A stretch of DNA of 64,000 nucleotides from the human T2T-CHM13v2.0 reference genome, Homo sapiens. Of the stretch, positions 14,031 to 25,580 are shown piece by piece. Position 1 is the stretch's first letter; every line of letters starts with the position of its first letter. The DNA lies in NCBI RefSeq assembly GCF_009914755.1, contig NC_060929.1. One strand, given 5' to 3'. The notes beneath the pieces are model-generated. The model was not told the origin of the DNA. It was given only the letters and a program-made list of their open reading frames with translations, and did no database searches. The position numbers were made by a program, and so were the translations under genes.

Positions 14031-14793
14031 TAATTGTTCTGAACTGGGGTCCATTTGCCCCTCAGGAGACATTTGAAAACCTTACATCTGGTGGAAGGGA
14101 AATTAATACTTTTTTAATTTGCTTATAAAGAGAAACAGCTGCCTCCTCTTCCCCTCTTGAAAGAGTCTCCTTGAGAATGTGGTAAACCTGAATCTTTTCT
14201 AACCCTTGGACTGTAGATAAATTTCTCCAGGGACTAGAAAAGCATAGTCTACAATGCAGAGTTGTCTCCAAGGCCACAGATCTTTAACCCCTTGAAACAT
14301 AAGGAAACCATTATGGAGTAAACATAGAAATGCACCTCCAGATATAATTGTCTTTCAGGGAGACTAAAGGCATCTTTTGGGGAGATAAGTCATTTTATTG
14401 TTCTTTCAGGAAGATAATTAAGTAATAGTTACCTTAATTCCCAAGAGAACTTTGTACCTGCTTTGCTGTATACATTTTTTAGTATTTTATTGGCTTTGTA
14501 GTCTTTTATAGGCTATCTAAATGCGTGTAGGCTGTTCTGCTTGTTCAAGAATAAACCAGTTTATTTTCACATTGATCTGGAGAATTTCTGTGTTAATGGA
14601 ACATTTCTTTCCCCCATACTGGAGCCATTTTTTGTCATGGGGGTTGGTGGCAGGGAATTTGGGATTACTAGTGGCTATTTAGTGGGTAGAGGCCAGGGAT
14701 ATTGCTAAGGATCCTACAATGCACAAGACAGCCCCCAACACCACAGAATTATCTGGCCAAAAATATCAACACTAACGTGATTGAGAAGCCCTG
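14031..14793 (+). mobile_element. MER20 hAT-Charlie element split by a ~530 bp insertion
   Basis: 5' part 14031-14078 (TTGCCCCTCAGGAGACATTTG), 3' part 14619-14793 (GTGGGTAGAGGCCAGGGAT...GAGAAGCCCTG); 8 bp TSD CTTTAGGC/CTCTAGGC. Confidence 0.85.
14089..14616 (+). mobile_element. Probable solo LTR nested in MER20, family not recognised
   Basis: TG...CA ends with imperfect inverted termini TGGTGGAAGGGAAA / TTTCTTTCCCCCA; AATAAA at 14550-14555. Confidence 0.55.
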
Positions 14794-14854
14794 CTCTAGG
14801 CAAAGGTCTTAAAAATGAGCTACTGGAATAAAATATTAGACTAAATTTGTAATG

Positions 14855-15311
14855 CATGCTGGTGGTGTCCCACCAGGTTTCCTTCAACCTATTAGGTGCA
14901 CCTGCTCCCCAGCTGCTGCAGATAACTGCCAATGGCTCCCACCTACACTATTCTCCAGTAAATTGCTCTCGACTGACAGGAGCCACCCTTGCCAAGAGGA
15001 TGCCTAGGAGGTATAACCCTCCTGAGAGTGGCTGTCATAATTAGTCACTGATGCTGGGGTATAATACTCCAGACCCCCTTACCTCTGGGAGACACAACCA
15101 TTTTGGTGTAGTTTACATTCCAGGGCTCCCTGTGAAATCACACTGAGGTTAGACTTCTCCTGAAATCATGTACTTGCCAGCTTCTTCCCCTACCTGATTC
15201 TGCTCCTCTCACTCTCTTACAGGTTTCTCTTTAGAGTACCCCCTCAATAAATCACTTGTCAAGAATCCCCACCTAAGGGTCTGTCTGCTTCTAGGGAACA
15301 CAATCTAAGAC
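14855..15311 (+). mobile_element. LTR16C-like ERVL solo LTR
   Basis: 3' end CTCAATAAATCACTTG..AAGAATCC...CTGCTTCTAGGGAAC...CTAAGAC. Confidence 0.8.
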
Positions 15312-15399
15312 CTACATATAGCCTTCATCTAAATTAAGAAATTACATTGCACTAATATTTCATACTTGTGCTGACACTAGCACCATCACCCTGCCCTGA

Positions 15400-15920
15400 T
15401 GTCAGATGTTGTAAGTCACAGATGACATTCAGGCCGCTCCAGGCAAGGCTGGGATTTCTATGACATAAAAGAGTTGACAAGGATGATCTCACTCATTTTT
15501 TGCTAACAGCATATTGCAAAATGTTACACTTCAGCTGTGCTAGGTTAAGCTGATTTATAGATTACAGGTTAGTTTAGCCAAAACTAGATAAGGTAAAGAA
15601 TGAACAAGTGGCTTTAAAAGATCAGTGAAAAGAAACCTCAAATTGAAGATAATGTTGATGATGCAAGCACCAGAAAAGAAAGAAAATGGCAGAGCTGCCA
15701 CTTCTGGAAAACCCTTCATCTGCCATATAATGGGGTAGAAGCAATGAAGATCCAGTTGATTCTGAAAAGTCAGTAAGATATACTGAAATTAAAAAGGATT
15801 TCAAAAAAAGTATCAATTTATACTTACAACCATTGAATGTCTAACATCAAGTATTGTCCTTAATGTATATGCTGTGACTTGAAATTATGTAATAAAGTAT
15901 AAAACCTTCTTAAATTAACA
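15400..15920 (+). mobile_element. hAT-Charlie (Charlie7-like) fossil with decayed transposase start
   Basis: ATGAACAAGTGGCTTTAAAAGA...AAGAAACCTCAAATTGAAGATAATG resembles a recalled MDKWLKK..KKP.IEDN N-terminus. Confidence 0.5.
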
Positions 15921-15929
15921 AAATGTTTG

Positions 15930-16415
15930 CCTAATAGACTGAAAATGGCTGCCCAAAAGATATCCATGTCCTATTCAGGGAAGCTATGAATATTACTTTA
16001 TATGTAAAAGTATCTTTGCAAATGTGATTAAAGATTTTGAGATGAGGAGAGTATCCTGGATTATCGGTGGGTTCTAAATTCAATCACATGTCTTTTTATA
16101 GGAGGGAGGCATAGGGAGACTTCACAGACACAGAGAAGGCAATGTAAAGATGAAACAGATTTGAAGATGACGACTTTGAATATAGGAGTGACGTAGCCAC
16201 AAGCCAATGAGTGCCAACAGCCACCATAAGCTGAAGAGTCAAGAAATGGATTCTTTCCAAGAGCATCTAGAGAAAGCATAGCCCTGTTGACATCTGATAT
16301 CAGCCTAATAAAATTGATTTTGGACTTCTATCCTCTAGAACCATGAGAAAATAATTTGTTATTTTAAACCACCAAGTCTGGAAATTTGTTACGGCAGCCA
16401 CAAGAAACTAATACA
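15930..16415 (+). mobile_element. MLT1D/MLT1C-like MaLR solo LTR
   Basis: CTTTGCAAATGTGATTAA, ATCCTGGATTATC, end GGCAGCCACAAGAAACTAATACA. Confidence 0.88.
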
Positions 16416-16619
16416 GCTTGTTTATCTAACTTTCTTTTGGACTCTAACATAACTTACATTTATATCAGTAATTATCTTCACATTTCATTTATAAAAAACA
16501 ACTTATCCTAAAGAAGACAAATGATTAAATAAAACAAAAACCTAAAACTACTCCTCCCCAGAAACAGAAACTGAGATTTTTTTATTGTTGTTGCCTACAA
16601 AGTGTTTTAAAACAATTTA

Positions 16620-16865
16620 AACAAATATTTAAATAACAAGGCATTCCACATGTAAATCCAAACTTCCAGCTTTTTTGAAAAATGGGAAGCTCTGGCAACC
16701 CAACACCCACATTCTCACAGCCACACCAGTATCCATATTCCCAATTAGACACAGTTGACTAATGAATATCGGCTGGCCCTTTAGGGTTACGTGTTACTCA
16801 GTTCTCACCTGACTGCTCACTTTTACCCTACCTGCCTACACCTTGCATGGTGAGAACTGTCAAGC
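16620..16865 (-). mobile_element. MER102-like hAT fragment
   Basis: ATGTAAATCCAAACTTCCAGCTT..TTGAAAAATGGGAAG.TCTGGCAAC..CCCACATTC. Confidence 0.5.
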
Positions 16866-17094
16866 TTCTAACTTTTCCCAGTATTCCTTCCCCATCATTT
16901 TTATGTTCCTCATCTCCTTTCTATGTTTTTGTTTCTGCTCAGCAGCAGCCATTACAGAAAAGGAAAAAAAAATGAGTATCACAATTGTTCAGTAGACAAA
17001 CATTAGTACCGTACTGCCACGTATTTATGAACTAAAAACATTCTGGATTATTCCACTCAAGTCCATGAATTCTCTAGGAATTGTGTCTAGAAAA

Positions 17095-17240
17095 CAATTG
17101 GAAAGATAGCTTGACTGGGAGTTAAGATTAAGTTCTCAGGCCCAGACATATCTTAAATTTACTTGAGACTCTGGGCACATGTAGGCCATGTGACCTCTCC
17201 AAGTATCCATTGCACATTTTCTAAAATAAAGCAGGGTTTG
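17095..17240 (+). mobile_element. MIR fragment
   Basis: GACTGGGAGTTAAGA..AGTTC...GACCTCTC...CTAAAAT. Confidence 0.55.
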
Positions 17241-17399
17241 AGGGGGAGACAGGAAATTAAACTATATCAGTGTTCTGAAGATCCATATGGTCACACATCT
17301 GTGCCTTTGGAGCTGAGGTTGGGAACCAAGGGCCTACAGGCAGAGTTGCCAATGCTATGCCCACTTCAGTGTGGGCAGGCCTGCTCCCTGCCTTGACAT

Positions 17400-17835
17400 G
17401 ATCTACCAGTCCCTGCTTGGTCTCTTCTCCTGTCTAACTGAGTGGCCACACTTCAAGTCATTGTCTCCATTCTCTGCTCTCTAGTTTTCTTCCCACTTCC
17501 ACCAGTGCTTTGGCTTGCTCCAAGCCATTGTGCATATCTGATTAGATCATTTCTCTACTTGAAATATTTTTTAAAATTCCCCACTCTGAAGATCAAATTC
17601 AGTCTCCTTGCCCTGCAGGGCCTCTGGTCCTTTCAGGGTCTGGTGTCTGCTTACTTCTCCAGCTTCAGCATATACCACTTTCCCTCCCATGTTTTAACTC
17701 TATTCCATGCTGCTCTTATTTCCATTTTACAAATAGGACAAACCCCTTCAACCTTGGGGCCTTCCATTTTACTAGTCCCTCTGCCTGGAGCTCTCTTTAT
17801 GCCTTCTCCACTTAGTCAACAACTACTCATCCTTG
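17400..17835 (+). mobile_element. L2 fragment
   Basis: TTAGATCAT..., ATCAAATTCAGTCTCCTT, GTCCCTCTGCCTGGAGCTCTCT..CTACTCATCCTT. Confidence 0.6.
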
Positions 17836-18209
17836 ACAGGGCAGCACTAAGACCAAGAGAAAGCTGTAATGTAAATGGTTTGGACTATGATAAATGTATT
17901 TCCTTATATAACAAGCCATCTGCAGATGGAGTTCCAGAGTTAATTTTGGTGTTAGGTAATCTCATCCAGTTCATAGGTATTCCCTGTCTGCGGTCCCTTT
18001 ATGTTCACTAGATAGCTATAGCACAAGCAGGTATTGCAGGAGGATGCTTGAATTCCACAGGAGGTGGTGGCACATTTCCCTGTGTACGTTTTTGTTAGGA
18101 TGCAGAATATTTCCCAGAAGCACCTCCACAGATGCCTTAGCTCCAAATGACCATCATGGAACACATGTCCTTTTTCTAACTGAAAAGGAAGGAAGAAAAA
18201 GAAGTAGAA

Positions 18210-18527
18210 AGTCAGCCCTAACTATGTGTGGGTTCCACATCCGTGAATTCAATGAACAGATCAAAAATATTTGGAAAAAACCCTAAAACAACAAACAATG
18301 CAACAATATAAATGCAAATAAAAAATATAGTATAACAACTACTCACATGGCATTTACATTGTTTTAGGTATTTTAAGTAATCTAGAGATTACAAAGTGTA
18401 AGACAGGATGTACTTAGGTTATATGCAAATATTACACCACTTTATATCATAGACTTGAGCATCTGTGAATTTTGGTATCCTCGAGGGGCCTGGACCCAAT
18501 CTGTCCCACAGATATTGAGGAACAACT
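18210..18527 (-). mobile_element. MER2 (TcMar-Tigger) DNA transposon
   Basis: GTAATCTAGAGAT, TAGGTTATATGCAAATA, GACTTGAGCATCTGTGAATTTTGGTATC are reverse MER2. Confidence 0.88.
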
Positions 18528-18934
18528 CTTCAGCATCTAGAATGAGAGGCAGAGTCTACTACAAAGTTAAGAAAAACAAATAGAAAACCTACATATTCAG
18601 GCAAGATCAGGCTTTCCTGGTTGGAGTATTCCAGTCTCCTATTCTTTCAGAATACTTACAACATTGGTAATCTATAATTATTTTGGTTATGGCTTTGGTC
18701 AGCATTGGTTTCCTCTACAACATTACAAGTTTCTTAAAAACAGACACTGAGTCTTAATTACAGCTGTCTATCTTCTCTTCTTTGATGCTGCAGTAACTCC
18801 AATTCCAGAGGTCTCAAGCTGTTCCCAAACTAAAACATGTCCAAATAACAGTTTATACATCTACACTGCAAAAGTCTTAAGTAGATTCACTATACCACAG
18901 ATAGACAGTATAAGTAAATGCTTGCTAAAAGTAA

Positions 18935-19160
18935 GGCCAACTCTGGAGTCAGAGTAGTGGGTTCATGGGCATAGCTGTTAACTTGCAATATGACGTTAGG
19001 CAACTACTTAACCTGGTAGAGGATCATTTTTCCCTGCTGAAAAATGGCGATAGTGATAACAACTTTATAAGGTTCTATTGATGAGTCAATGTGTGTGGGT
19101 AAATCTCGACAAAGAGCTTGGCAATACTTAAGTCAAATGATTACTATTATCAAGATCATT
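18935..19160 (+). mobile_element. MIR SINE
   Basis: CTCTGGAGTCAGA..GGGTTC...GGCAACTACTTAACCT...AAAATGG. Confidence 0.75.
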
Positions 19161-20712
19161 ATAATAACTACTATTAATAATTATATTACAAGAAGATACT
19201 TGCTTCATTTTCTTCCTTACCAATATCCTAATCACAGGAACCTCCAGCAGAAAGAACACACAAAGGTGTCAGTAGCTCCCTCCTCTGACATTAGAGGGGT
19301 TAATTATGAGAACAAAGGGAACACATAAGGACTATCAGACCCTGGAGAAAATAGAATTCTTCATCAACCAGAGCTCAGAGGCAGAGGTCACCATCTAAAG
19401 GTTTTTGTGCTGCTGTACAATTCAACCTAATTCTGTTTAGATATTAGACTTCCCCAGGGCAAACAACGAAACTCTTTAGCACCTTCCAAGTGAAAATTTG
19501 GTAAGCCTATTGAAAAAAAAAAAAAACAGCTAGCTTTCTTCCCAGCACATTTATCATCATTGTTATCCTTGCCCTAAACACCTTTGAAATTCAATACGCT
19601 AGAACCCATGGTATTGCTTTAAAAAAAAAAAAAAAAACAATGTTCTGAGAAAAATATAAATATCTGGAGAGAGCAGGTGCACATGGTCACTTGGGGGGAA
19701 GAAGAGGATGCATTATGGCTTCAAAATTGCTGTCACACCTCTCAGAATCACATTTTCACCTGCCACTGAGCTTGCTTTCACTGTGCTTTGTGGTCTCTGT
19801 CTCCCCTACTGTGACTTGAGCCGCCCCTATAAAAGTCATCTTCACCACTTTGAAAAGTGCTGCCGGCCTGGGCAAACATAAGCTAGAATAACTGAGTAAA
19901 CAAAGCCAGGTGCAACTTGAATGCAGGTTTAAAAAAAGAACATCTTTCAAGGGAAAAAATTGAAGGTTTGGTTTTTATAACAGGCTGCTTAACAGGAATA
20001 AATACTTGATTTAAAATGGGCACTGTGGAAAGAACCAGAGAGGGAATGCATATGTGTTTTGTATTACTGAATGTCTTATTCCTTAAAAAAAAAATGCCTG
20101 AAGAAATTAATATTCCAGGTTTGGTGGTTCTTCCACAAACACTGAGTGAATACTTGTCATTTATGGTGGCAATGGCATGGATAGTTAGAGTTCGAGCCTG
20201 AATGATTTGACAAGTTAAATTATCAATTGACTGTGTCTATATACAAATAAAGAACTTATAAAGGAGAAGGATATATAGCTGGTTAAGTGTAGAGACAACA
20301 CTTAATTAAATAAAAACTGAAAAAAAATCACTATGAATAGAGAGACTTCATATAAAATATTGAGAGTCTGGGTGATTGAAATAGTTGTCATCCATATCAG
20401 AAGAGTTGAACACATGTACTAGCAGAGAAAAATCTAAACATCTACATGAATATATTCCCTACACCACCTACATGCCACCTGATGTGGGCTCAAATGTAGA
20501 AGGGTTCTCTATGTTTCTTTATTCACATCCAGAGTTTTGTTTAACTTGTTCAGTAGTAGCTAAAATGGAGAATGTCTTTTTGTGGTGTTGGTTATCAGTA
20601 CTGGCTTAAACTCAGAACTAGATTCGTTAAATTCCAATTAATCTAAACCTCAAAGCAGGTGACATTATCAGTCACTGAACTTGACATTTATACAAAATAA
20701 AAAAAAAAATTG

Positions 20713-21022
20713 AGCCTGGAGTAGTGGCTCACGCCTGTAATCCCAGCACTTTGGAAGGCCGAGGCAGGCAGATTATTTGAGGTCAGGAGTTCGAGACCAG
20801 CCTGACCAACATGGTGAAATCCTGTCTCTACTAAAAACACAAAACAGTTAGCTGGGCTTGGTGGCGGGCACCTGTAATCTCAGCTACTTGGGACGCTGAA
20901 GCAGGAGAATCGCTTGCACTGGAGAGGCGGAGGTTGCAGTAGGCTGAGATCACGCCACTGTACTCCAGCCTGGGTGACAGAGTAAAACTCCGTCTAAAAA
21001 ATAAATAAATAAATAATAATAA
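20713..21022 (+). mobile_element. AluSx-like Alu with (AAAT)n tail
   Basis: GAGGTCAGGAGTTCGAGACCAGCCTGACCAACATGG; two arms. Confidence 0.95.
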
Positions 21023-21254
21023 CAATTTCATGGATACATCTTCCAATCAGAGTCCAAAATAACATTTAGGGGCAAAACTGAATGTCAACCAGATAATGTT
21101 TACCTCCCCCAGAACAAAACTTGTCACTGGGTGTGTTTCAAAGGAATATTCAAACCACATGTATGGAAGTTTGAGAAGAAAATATATAAAGGAGAGCAAA
21201 AGCCTATACTTAAAAAACAAGCAGCAGTAACAAGATTAAAAGAACTACCATTAT

Positions 21255-21563
21255 GGCCAGGTGTGGTGGCTCATGCCTGTAATCCTAGCACTCTGGGAGG
21301 CCGAGGTGGGTGGATTACTTGAGCTCAGGAGTTCAAGACCAGCCTGGGCAACATTGGGAAACCCTATCTCTACTGAAAATACAAAAAATTAGCCAGGCAT
21401 GGTGGTGTGTGCCTGTGGTCCTAGCTACTTAAGAGGTTGAGATGGGAGGATTGCTTCAACCTGGAGGCTGAGGTTGCAGTGAGCCAAGATGGTGCCACTG
21501 CAATGCGGCCTAGCCTGGGTAGAAGAGCAAGACTGTATCTCAAAAAAAACAAAAATAAATAAA
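21255..21563 (+). mobile_element. AluJ/early AluS-like Alu
   Basis: TTGAGCTCAGGAGTTCAAGACCAGCCTGGGCAAC, GGAGGATTGCTT. Confidence 0.93.
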
Positions 21564-21733
21564 TTGCTATTAGAGTTGTTTTCTATCCCGGAAATTTTGT
21601 TAATTAAATAGCATAAACAAAATCTTCAGTGGATCATTTTCTGAGAAAAAAAAGAGCAAACCAGCAAAAACCTTTACTCTCTGTACTATGAATATCATTT
21701 TACCCCAAACTGCCCATGCAGGCAATGATAAAT

Positions 21734-21794
21734 GAGGGAGGGAGAGGCGGGGGAGATGCGGGGAGAGGTGGGGAGAAGGGGGGACGGGGGGAGA
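21734..21794 (+). repeat. G-rich degenerate ~10 bp tandem repeat (GGGGAGA core)
   Basis: GCGGGGGAGA TGCGGGGAGA GGTGGGGAGA AGGGGGGA CGGGGGGAGA. Confidence 0.85.
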
Positions 21795-21799
21795 TAATA

Positions 21800-22320
21800 A
21801 TTAAGATATAGAGAAGTTAGATTGAGGCTCCTCACATGTATTTGATAAAAGTTCTAAAGGGCCCAAGAAAAAGAGAAGATGGAAAAAGCAATATTTGTAT
21901 GAAAATGGCTGAAATTTTTCCAGAAAGCAAGAAAGTCATAGATTTCAGATTAAAAGAACTGCTAGTGTCAAACAGGACAAATAAAATAAGTCCACATATG
22001 ACTACATCATAATCACCCTCCAGAAGGACAAAGATAAAAACAAACAACAACAAATCCTCATAATTTACCAGGGATCAAAAGCCTATTATTTTCAAAAGAA
22101 TGCCAATTAAATTGAAAGCAGACTTTTCATCAGCAACAATAAGATGCCAGCTCCAAGCAGAACTGAGGAAAAATAGTCAAGCAAGATGTGTCTCCCAATC
22201 AAACCAAAATAACCATTAAAGGAAGAAAAATGAATGTAAAAGAAAGAGATGCAATTTACAAAAGTACAGTGAACACAAACCTTGATTTTAAATATTCGTA
22301 AATGTTTAGGTGACTAAAAA
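21800..22320 (+). mobile_element. Ancient L1M ORF1 fragment
   Basis: GCAATATTTG..AATGGCTGAAATTTTTCCAGAA, CAGATTAAAAGAA, ACATCATAATCA, GCAGACTTTTCATCAGCAACAAT. Confidence 0.7.
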
Positions 22321-22429
22321 CAAGGGTATGTCTATTTTAATTAAACTTTTGTTTTGAAATAATTTAGGTTACCATTCACTTGCAAGAAAGAGAATAAATT
22401 GATTCCAGAGAGACGCTTTTGTTTGTAGT

Positions 22430-23703
22430 AAAATACAGAGGGCTGACTGATAAATGGGAAGGGCATAGGGATTTGGGGGGAAAAAAATCAGTATTTTGCA
22501 GCCATCGTAACACAGACTGATTCATGCAAGAATCATTAAAAGGGAAAATTATAACAGGAATCAGGATAGTATGATATTTGTACTAAAGAGCCTGTCTTTA
22601 TTACTTGGTGTTTGACTAATGATATATTTTAAGCCTCACCCCTCTCTCTCCCCATTTTGCCCCATATCTGGGCAAGCTGATAAGAAAGCCCGGGTGCTCC
22701 CTTTAGCACTGGCAGGAGTCTGAAATCAAACAAGTCCCTGTCCGCCCCCTAACCATAATAAAATGCCCATGGCGGTCTCTTTTTCTCACTTCTTTGCAAT
22801 CCATTTTTGGACTAGTTTGGGAAGTCTTTCCTGCTTTCCCCCGAAAAAGTCTCTAATTATGTCAGTAGAATGTATTTTTTTTAACCTCATGATGTGTGGC
22901 ATCATGAATCTCAACATCCAAATGAACTTTTCGGTTGGATTCCATCCTGTTTATTCAGGGTAGCCCCAACAGTCTTAAAGTATCTGGTTCTAAGGGAAAA
23001 CATAATTATACAGTGGAGAAATGAATCAAACCTTGATTAAGTGATGAAAATTGATGACACTAAAATGTAGCTCCCAGGTACATCCTGAAAATGGCATGCA
23101 TCTATGTAGTTTTCCAACTGACAATGGGGAATTTAAAACCAATTCTGAAGAAACAAGAGATAAATCCAAAATGAGAAAAATCCCATCAAAAAAGGGAAAG
23201 GGGTACAGATTTAATTCTTCAAAAAGTCAGTGTCATAAAAATCAAAGGCTATATAAATGTGCCAAATTAAAGGAGACATGACAATGAAATGACAAACCTT
23301 ACCTTAGATTGGATTTTGCACGAAATGGGGAAGAAAATGTTATAAGGACATTGGCTCAACTGACAAAAATGAAATATAGACACTATATGAAAATTCCACA
23401 GCAGTGTCATATTTACTAAAGTTGATAACTGCTCTGTTATTTAAGAGAATATCCCTATTCGCAGGAAATACATACTTAAGTATTTGCCTGTAAAGGGTCG
23501 TGATATAAGTAATATATCCTTAAGTGGTTTAGAGAAAAATTGTGTATATATATTCACATACATAGAGCAAACACACAAATGATAAAACCAATGTAGTAAA
23601 ATATTAACAATCAATGGATCTAGGTAAAGGTTACACAGATACTCTTACTACTTTTATCCTTAAAAATTTTTCTGAAGTTTTAATTTTGAAATAAAAAGTT
23701 AAA
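22430..23703 (+). mobile_element. L1MC-type 3' end interrupted by an LTR
   Basis: ATTAAAGGAGACATGACAA, GTTGATAACTG, AAGAGAATATCCCT..AGGAAATACATACT.AAGTATTT, end AAATAAAAAGTTAAA. Confidence 0.7.
22579..22971 (+). mobile_element. ERV1-class solo LTR (MER67/MER31-like)
   Basis: TG...CA ends; CTGGGCAAGCTGATAAGAAAGCCCGGGTGCTCC motif. Confidence 0.65.
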
Positions 23704-23749
23704 GACTTGCGTGTTCTTGAACATGCATAATCTTAAAAAACAGCAACAG

Positions 23750-24750
23750 CATTAGTGACAGATTTTTAATCTACATATATCTCAATAAGTTAATACTTCA
23801 GATACTTTTAAACAGATTTTTTTAAATTGATGGCATACATATTCCTGCATCAAGTAATAAATATGTATTTTCAAAACTCATGAAACATACACAGAGTTTG
23901 TCTAGGTTCAGTTTATGTGACAAAGGATCATTGATGACAATATATTTAGATTAGAAATAAACAGGAGAAGAATCTTATAATGCTTTGGAAGATGAAAAAC
24001 ATTTTTGTAATACAAAGAACATCAAATTGGAAATGATATTCTTAGAAGTGAATAACAATAAAAATACCATGTATCATAACTAGTAGGAATCAGCTAAAAT
24101 GCTACTGAGAGGTAGAATTATAGCCACACTGAAATTTTTAAAGAAAGGTTTAAAATAAGATAAACATTCCTCTTCAAAAGGTGAAATAGAACACAGTAAG
24201 TCAAATAAAAGGTGGAGGAATAAACAAAGAACAGAAATTAATCTAACAGAAAACATGATATGATAGTAAAAGTAAAAAAAAAACCAAAAGCAAAAGTAAT
24301 ATCATCAGGAAGTAGACAAAGCTTTAGCTAGGCTTAATAGGGAAAATAATACTGGGAAAGAAGAAAAGTGACAACTGGAGATAGGACAGAGTTTGTATCT
24401 GTTGACTAAATAACAAAGATAAGTTTAAAAACATTAGCCAATTTTCTGGAAAAATAATCAAAATCACCCCAAACAGTAGAAAATTAGAAGTTTTTAACTT
24501 GAAAAAATCAGTAATAAAAAATATATTGCACCCAACTTCACCTCAGTAAAGTTTTAAAGATCCACCCTAAATGATACCAACCAGCAAGAAACAGGTATCT
24601 CTTATCTATTAGATTTGGAAAATAGGAAAGGAGTAACCTCTAACAATTATGAGACTGGTTTGACATCAAGCCAGAGAAAGAAGATTTTAGAAAGAACAAT
24701 TACATCATTTCACACGATTACATGCATCCAAAAGATTTTTGGGGAAAAAA
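23750..24750 (+). mobile_element. Highly decayed L1M ORF2 5'-half fragment
   Basis: A-rich sense strand; CAGCTAAAATGCTACTGAGAGG.AGAATTATAGC resembles L1 ORF2. Confidence 0.55.
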
Positions 24751-25567
24751 ACATCTAATTATTCACAAGCACTCTGATTCAGTATAAATCTTTCTAATTG
24801 TTGAGATACTGGTGTCTCCTACTACGCAGTTAGCCTGTCAAGAAAAAGCACTGTGAATTATTTACTTGGAACCATAGCAGAAAAGATTTTAAATAGGCAT
24901 GACCATAGAATCAACTATAGAGGATTTTTTGTGGTTATTTTTTCATTTAGATTTTCAAATTTTACCTCCCAATAAATTGATTAGGTAGGCCTATAAAGGG
25001 CATAGTCATTCTTATTTAAGAAAACAGAAAAACAAAATTCTACAAGTGACTCCACTGTACAGGTCTAATTAATAACTACTTTACTTGAACATATTAGAGG
25101 ATCCACATGTAAGAGACTTTCAGTAAGTGCTTGTTAAATAGTATTTGATTTGTAATATCCCTATTGTGTCTTTGATTTTTCTCCTGATTTCTTATAGCTT
25201 TCTCAGAATGGGGTCTTTCTCATCTAGGAAGTTTTAGTCCCCTTTAGCCCAAATCTGCCTTTGCTTATACTATATACTGAGCTCTTGGGGCTCACTCTTT
25301 GTTTGCCTGCTGTGTCCAAACTCATAAACAGTGTCAAATCCATTGGATTCCTGGAACAAACATGACACTGGAAAAGCCAAAATGTAGAGAAGATAGAAGC
25401 CCTCAGCACAAAGAATCAATACTCAATGACTACATGGCTCAGGCATGAGCAATGAGATGGTTAAAGTTGACATATTCCTGATACGATCTGCAGTCTCAGT
25501 GACTGTGGTATTAAAAGGTCTTCATGGACAGCCTCCTGGGATTAAAGATTTTAGCATTAGACTGTTC

Positions 25568-25580
25568 CCACAAGGTGGCA
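25568..25580 (+). promoter_or_regulatory. Candidate CTCF core motif (forward)
   Basis: CCACAAGGTGGCA versus consensus CCASYAGRKGGCR (1 mismatch); motif only. Confidence 0.35.

Noticed and set aside
17442-18011. Longest ORF (189 aa)
   Set aside because: GTG start, lies over an L2 fragment and probable old LTR; Leu/Phe/Ser-rich from pyrimidine bias; no recognisable domain
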